A program made the translations under genes and the position numbers. Below are positions 59,303-64,000 of a stretch of DNA of 64,000 nucleotides, one piece after another (position 1 is the stretch's first letter; each line of letters opens with the position of its first letter). The DNA is from an uncultured Desulfospira sp. Its GTDB lineage: Bacteria; Desulfobacterota; Desulfobacteria; Desulfobacterales; Desulfobacteraceae. The notes beneath the pieces are model-generated. The model saw only the letters and a program-made list of their open reading frames with translations. It was not told where the DNA came from and searched no databases. The DNA lies in assembly GCA_963663165.1 (NCBI GenBank), contig OY760175.1, positions 1,952,001 through 2,016,000 on the forward strand, read 5' to 3'.

Positions 59303-59641
59303 ATGGAAATCAACAGCATACAAAGCCCAAACCCATATGCATCCGCCCAGATGCCGGTTAAAGACGACATCCGTGTCGGGGAACAAAACAAAGAAGCTGC
59401 CCGGACAGAATTATCCCAGGACAACGCAAGAGCGGTTCAGGAGGCATTTGAAGTCAACATCACCCAGCAGGCCCGGGATATGATGGCGGCCCAGGCAGCC
59501 CGAGAACCTGAAAAAGCGGTAGAAACGGAAGAACCCGAGGCAGCTGAAGAACCTGATCAGGCCCTTGCGGCTGATGAACAACCGCCTGGAAACCAGGCCG
59601 AGGCCCAGAGAGAAAGCCAGATTGTTAACATTGTGGCCTGA
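59303..59641 (+). CDS. Hypothetical acidic low-complexity protein
   Basis: GGAG RBS; TTGACA promoter-like site upstream; ends IVNIVA. Confidence 0.7.
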   Translation: MEINSIQSPNPYASAQMPVKDDIRVGEQNKEAARTELSQDNARAVQEAFEVNITQQARDMMAAQAAREPEKAVETEEPEAAEEPDQALAADEQPPGNQAEAQRESQIVNIVA

Positions 59642-59714
59642 TTCGTCTGCTTAAGACCCGCCAACATGAAAAGCTGCTTTTCCCCCACTGAATTGAAAAT
59701 AAGAACCAAGCATT

Positions 59715-60179
59715 ATGATTACTGAATACGGTGTTGTTACAAAGGCAAATCCATCTTCAGCATGGGTAAAAACCAACCGGACCGCCACATGCGAAAGCTG
59801 TGCATCCCGGGAAAACTGTGGTGGCCACGGGATCACGGAGATGACCGTTGTGGTGAAAAACAATCTGGGCGTAAAACAAGGAGATCAGGTAGTTATCGGC
59901 TTACAAAGCAGTCCCATGATATTTCTGGCTTTCTTTCTCTACGTATTTCCTATTCTTTTCCTGCTCATCGGCGCCCTGACCGGAAACGCCATAGCCCCCC
60001 TGTTCTCAATGGACCCTTCTGTGTGCGCGCTGGCCCTGGGCGGGACAGGCTTTTGCATTGCTTTTTTAATCATCCGTCTAAGCCATTCGCGGTTAAGCCG
60101 TAAAGACAAGTACAAACCCTTCCTGGTCAGAAAGGGCGCTCCGCCTTCCCAATCCTGCCAGGCAGCACAACAAACTTAA
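59715..60179 (+). CDS. rseC: RseC/MucC-family protein
   Basis: E.G.V, CESCASRENCG, GD.V.I, Y..P plus two TM; upstream of rnf. Confidence 0.85.
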   Translation: MITEYGVVTKANPSSAWVKTNRTATCESCASRENCGGHGITEMTVVVKNNLGVKQGDQVVIGLQSSPMIFLAFFLYVFPILFLLIGALTGNAIAPLFSMDPSVCALALGGTGFCIAFLIIRLSHSRLSRKDKYKPFLVRKGAPPSQSCQAAQQT

Positions 60180-60420
60180 AATTCGGCCGGCAATTTAACC
60201 GGAAACCGTGTTCTTACCCGTTGCTGTTTCCATCGCAAATTTTTAAGTTGTGCTTGTCTCAAAGCCTAGAGCCAAGCTGTATCCAATAAAATTTAAGGGG
60301 CACCCCCCTTATAGAAACGGCAAATATTTTTTCTTGCCAAGGGGACCATAATATAATATAACCGCTGCCAGTTGTGGGTTCGTCACATAACTCCAAACCT
60401 TAACAATTGAGAGAAAAGCT

Positions 60421-60786
60421 ATGACATCACAACGTAATCTCAAAGCAGCCGTCTATATCATGATCGTTCTTTTGATCACTGGAATTGTCTGCTATGCATC
60501 TTTTACGCCTCCTGTCCCTGAACCACCGCTAAGGCTGATGTTTCAAAACAAGGGCGGCAAAGTTCTTTTCACCCACCTTGCGCACACAGACGACTATTCT
60601 CTTGAATGTCTGGACTGTCATCATAACATTGAAGATGATGAAACCTACAACTGCAGTGAGTGCCACGAGGAGACCGGTGACGAGGATATGCCTTCAAGGG
60701 CGGATGCTTTCCATGCCCAATGCAAGGGATGCCATGAAGATGCCGGCGCAGGTCCGGTGGAGTGTAATTCATGCCACGCATTATAG
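60421..60786 (+). CDS. Membrane-anchored tetraheme cytochrome c3
   Basis: VLFTH..H and four CxxCH (CLDCH, CSECH, CKGCH, CNSCH). Confidence 0.92.
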   Translation: MTSQRNLKAAVYIMIVLLITGIVCYASFTPPVPEPPLRLMFQNKGGKVLFTHLAHTDDYSLECLDCHHNIEDDETYNCSECHEETGDEDMPSRADAFHAQCKGCHEDAGAGPVECNSCHAL

Positions 60787-60859
60787 GCCGGTCTTGTCAA
60801 CCGGAAATGCGTAAGGCATCATCCATGATCAAAGCTTCTTACCAAAACAAGGACATATT

Positions 60860-62128
60860 ATGATTAAACGATCTTTTTTTGCACTGAGCCGGCCAAGGCT
60901 GACCTATGATCTGCTTGAGTCTGATCCCAGGGAGCCTGAATCCATACCTGTTCCGGGCAACCTCACGATGCTGATCCATGAAGAAATCGACTCGGCAAAG
61001 CAGCTTCTGTTCAAGAAGGGAGATCCGGTCCGCCAGGGAGAAAAAATAAAGCTTTACGAAGACAGTAAATCTTACGGCATTTCTCCGGTATCAGGAATCA
61101 TCCAGTCTTTTGATGCCTACGCTGATGACTTCGGCAATCAGGCCACCTATGTCATGATTACCCATGATCCCCTGGCCAGCCTGGACCCTGAGTCCCTGGA
61201 TCCTGTGGAAAATCTTGACTTTGCGGACAACTTTCTGCGAACCATGCCCGGTTGCATCCCCTTTGGAACCCTGAACCGGGAAGACATCAATGTTGATACC
61301 CTTGTGGTAAACGGCGCTGACACGGACCTTCTCTGTACAGCCAACCAGTTTATCGTTACCCGGTATCCCGATGAAATCAAAAAAGGGGCCTCTATCCTGA
61401 AAGCCATGACCGGGGCCAGCCGCCTTTGCATGATTGTTCCCGAGGATTTAAGTTTAGGGGATGACGACTTCGAAGGGTTCAAGGTCTTCAGGACCTCCGG
61501 CGAATACCCGTCGGCCCTGCCCGGCCTGGTGATGAAGGATCACCTCGACATGGTTCCGGCTCCCGGGCTGACCCCGGAAGAACAAGGGATCTGTTTTGTC
61601 AAGCCCGAAGCCCTGGTTTCCCTGACAAAGGTTTTCGAAACCGGCCAGCCCGTGTTTGAAAAGATGATTACCCTGGTTGACAAAGCAGGAACAGCAACCC
61701 GGGTCAAGGCTGTCCTGGGCACCCCTTTAAATAAAATACTCACCCGGTATGGCATTCAGGTCAACGAACAGGACCGGATCATCATTGGCGGCCCCATGAG
61801 AGGATTTGCCACCTATACGGTCTTCCATCCTGTGACTGAGGACATGGATATGGTCATTATCCAGGACAGGGACATTATCCCGGAACTTTCCGACAGTGCC
61901 TGTGTCAACTGCGGGAAATGTGTCAGGGTCTGTCCGACCAACGTTCCTGTCAACCTTCTGGTCAGGTTCCTGGAAGCCGGCCTCTATGAGGAGGCGGCTG
62001 ACACTTTCGACCTGGAATCCTGTATCGAATGCGGCTTATGCGCCTATGTTTGTACCGCCAGAATCCCCTTGTACCAATACATAATGCTGGGGAAACACGA
62101 ACTTGCAACCCTTAGGGCAGAAAGCTAA
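60860..62128 (+). CDS. rnfC: Rnf complex subunit C
   Basis: SPVSG, IIGGPMRG, CVNCGKCVRVCP, CIECGLCAYVC. Confidence 0.9.
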   Translation: MIKRSFFALSRPRLTYDLLESDPREPESIPVPGNLTMLIHEEIDSAKQLLFKKGDPVRQGEKIKLYEDSKSYGISPVSGIIQSFDAYADDFGNQATYVMITHDPLASLDPESLDPVENLDFADNFLRTMPGCIPFGTLNREDINVDTLVVNGADTDLLCTANQFIVTRYPDEIKKGASILKAMTGASRLCMIVPEDLSLGDDDFEGFKVFRTSGEYPSALPGLVMKDHLDMVPAPGLTPEEQGICFVKPEALVSLTKVFETGQPVFEKMITLVDKAGTATRVKAVLGTPLNKILTRYGIQVNEQDRIIIGGPMRGFATYTVFHPVTEDMDMVIIQDRDIIPELSDSACVNCGKCVRVCPTNVPVNLLVRFLEAGLYEEAADTFDLESCIECGLCAYVCTARIPLYQYIMLGKHELATLRAES

Positions 62129-62141
62129 TACGGAGGCTGAC

Positions 62142-63110
62142 ATGAACCATAATAAACTCATTGTTTCCCACGCCCCATTCTGGCATGACGGAGACAGCCT
62201 GTTTAAAATGAACCTGAATATCATCCTGGCCCTGCTGCCCGCGACCCTGTTCGGGTTTGCCCGGTTTGGCGGCGTGGCGGTAGGGGTTGTGGCCCTGGCC
62301 ATATCCAGCGCCATGATCTGGGAATTGATCATGAACCTGATTTCAAAGCAGAAGCCTTCCATAGGCGATCTGGATTCTGCGGTCATCGGCATCATCTTCG
62401 GGCTGATGCTTCCGGCAACCTCCCCCTGGTGGATGGTGATCACCGGCACTTTTGTGGCAGTGGTGATCGGCAAAATCATCTTCGGGGGCACCGGGGGCAA
62501 CCCCTTTAACCCGGCCCTGATCGGCATGTCCTTTTTAATGCTTTCCTGGAAAACCTTGTTTGATTTTGATGCGGCCTACGTCAATTACGACTTTCAGTTT
62601 ACGGCCTTAACCCCTCTGGCAGCCTTGAAAACCAAAGGGGTTGCTGAAATTTCAGGCATGTTTCCGATAAATGACCTTATCATGGGCAACCAGGTTGGCG
62701 CCATTGGCTCCATCTTCGGTTTGGGAATCATCTTAGGCGGCATTTACCTGATTCTTCGGGGATACGTCCGGTGGGAAATCCCTGTCTCATTTATCGCAGG
62801 GATACTGGTCACGGCCTGGCTGTTCCAGTTAGTAGATCCCAATGCCTACGGCGATCCGTTCTTTCACCTATTTACAGGATATACGCTCCTGGGCGCATTC
62901 TTCCTGTCCACGGAGAATTCATCTTCTCCTGTCAATACCATCCCCATGCTGATTTATGGGGCAGGGGCAGGGGTAATGATCATCCTCATGCGCAATATCG
63001 GCGTATACCAGGATGGAACCGTCCTGGCTATCCTGCTTTTGAATCTGCTAAATCCCCTGGTCGATAAGATCAGACCGAAAGCCTTGGGAAAGGGGGCAAA
63101 CCATGCGTGA
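62142..63110 (+). CDS. rnfD: Rnf complex subunit D
   Basis: FGGTG.NPFNPAL, TPL, GAFF..T...SSP; GGAGG RBS before ATG 62142. Confidence 0.93.
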   Translation: MNHNKLIVSHAPFWHDGDSLFKMNLNIILALLPATLFGFARFGGVAVGVVALAISSAMIWELIMNLISKQKPSIGDLDSAVIGIIFGLMLPATSPWWMVITGTFVAVVIGKIIFGGTGGNPFNPALIGMSFLMLSWKTLFDFDAAYVNYDFQFTALTPLAALKTKGVAEISGMFPINDLIMGNQVGAIGSIFGLGIILGGIYLILRGYVRWEIPVSFIAGILVTAWLFQLVDPNAYGDPFFHLFTGYTLLGAFFLSTENSSSPVNTIPMLIYGAGAGVMIILMRNIGVYQDGTVLAILLLNLLNPLVDKIRPKALGKGANHA

Positions 63111-63684
63111 TATGATAAATCTGATTGTTGTCTTGACTGCTCTGACGGCTTTGTCCGGCGGGCTTCTGGCTGCCGTCAAATCCGGCACAGAAGAACAGAT
63201 TGAAAATCAGGTCCTTAAATTTCAAAAGGCCCCGGCCATTGCCCAGATTTTCCCGGAAACTTCCAATGACCCCTTGCAAGACCGGTTCGATGTCACCCAA
63301 GGGGACGTTAAACTCCAGGTTTTTCCGGTGGTTCTGCCCGATGGTGCCAAAGCCGTTGCATTTGAATCCTCAGGAACCGGATTCGGCGGCCCGGTAGGCC
63401 TTATGGTGGGCGTCAACCTGGATCAGGATAAAATTATCGGTGTAAGGGTAACCACCCATTCCGAGACTCCCGGCATCGGGGCCCGGGCAAAAGATGATCC
63501 GACCTTTGTCAGCCAGTTTGCCGGCATGGCCATGGACACCAACTTTGCCCTTAAAGGCGGCGGCGGAAGCATTGACGCCATCTCCGGCGCGACCGTCACA
63601 TCCGCCGGTGTCAGCCAGGCCGCAGTCCAGGCCCAGAAGCTATACGAATCATTAAAACCTGAAATTGTCAAACAGATCCAATAA
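63103..63684 (+). CDS. rnfG: Rnf complex subunit G
   Basis: GFGG, HSETPGIG, FMN site DAISGATVTS. Confidence 0.93.
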   Translation: MRDMINLIVVLTALTALSGGLLAAVKSGTEEQIENQVLKFQKAPAIAQIFPETSNDPLQDRFDVTQGDVKLQVFPVVLPDGAKAVAFESSGTGFGGPVGLMVGVNLDQDKIIGVRVTTHSETPGIGARAKDDPTFVSQFAGMAMDTNFALKGGGGSIDAISGATVTSAGVSQAAVQAQKLYESLKPEIVKQIQ

Positions 63685-63710
63685 GCTTAAGTTTTTCGGG
63701 AGATAAAATT

Positions 63711-64000
63711 ATGGCACAATCCCTGGTAAAAGAATTCACAAAAGGACTATGGGCGGAAATTCCTCCGTTCCGGCTGGTACTGGGACTATGCCCCACCCTG
63801 GCGGTGACCAAGACCGTTGAGAACGGGATTGGAATGGGCGTGGCCACTACCTTTGTTCTGCTTTTCTCAAATATTTTGATTTCACTGCTTCGAAACATTA
63901 TTCCCGGCAAAGCCAGAATAGCCTGTTACATTGTCATCATCGCCACCTTTGTTACCATCGTGGAACTGCTCATGCAGGCCTATGCCTATGAGCTGTTTCT
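63711..64000 (+). CDS. rnfE: Rnf complex subunit E, truncated by the window end
   Basis: Manual translation MAQSLVKEFTKGLW..IPPFRLVLGLCPTLAVT...IIATFVT. Confidence 0.92.
   Translation, partial: MAQSLVKEFTKGLWAEIPPFRLVLGLCPTLAVTKTVENGIGMGVATTFVLLFSNILISLLRNIIPGKARIACYIVIIATFVTIVELLMQAYAYELF

Noticed and set aside
60372..60389. Rex site upstream of the cytochrome c3-rnf operon
   Set aside because: ttgtgggttcgtcacata has the wrong spacing and several mismatches.

Overview
Bacterial chromosomal window. Gene content (CO dehydrogenase CooS, tetraheme cytochrome c3 plus rnfCDGE, PEP-CTERM proteins) fits an anaerobic Desulfobacteraceae-like deltaproteobacterium; this taxonomic call is inference. 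Left end: vapBC-like toxin-antitoxin pair, rsgA, a REP-associated tyrosine transposase with its REPs, cooS and a two-component cluster. The centre (about 12.5-55 kb, mostly minus strand) is a metal/tetrapyrrole acquisition region. It holds a TtpC-type TonB-ExbBD operon, a Ni/Co ECF transporter with MarR, and an operon for anaerobic heme degradation (HutW/ChuW radical SAM, MptD-type ECF transporter, HmuF-like flavodoxin, PNPOx-like protein). It also holds a long unit of a TonB-dependent receptor, a 1069-aa Ig-repeat surface protein and eight tandem PEP-CTERM (VPVPG) genes, with a second HutW embedded behind a c-di-GMP-I riboswitch. Five of these surface proteins share a domain with three invariant methionines, proposed here as a new hemophore-like family. 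A 20-bp palindrome recurs at three promoters around a divergent DtxR/MntR gene. Right end: CPBP protease, phospholipase A, a periplasmic-sensor/Schlafen fusion, tRNA-Asn, rseC and the rnf operon. Three genes carry single-base homopolymer deletions that may be sequencing errors. No CRISPR array or rRNA was seen. All product calls come from reading motifs by eye, not database searches.
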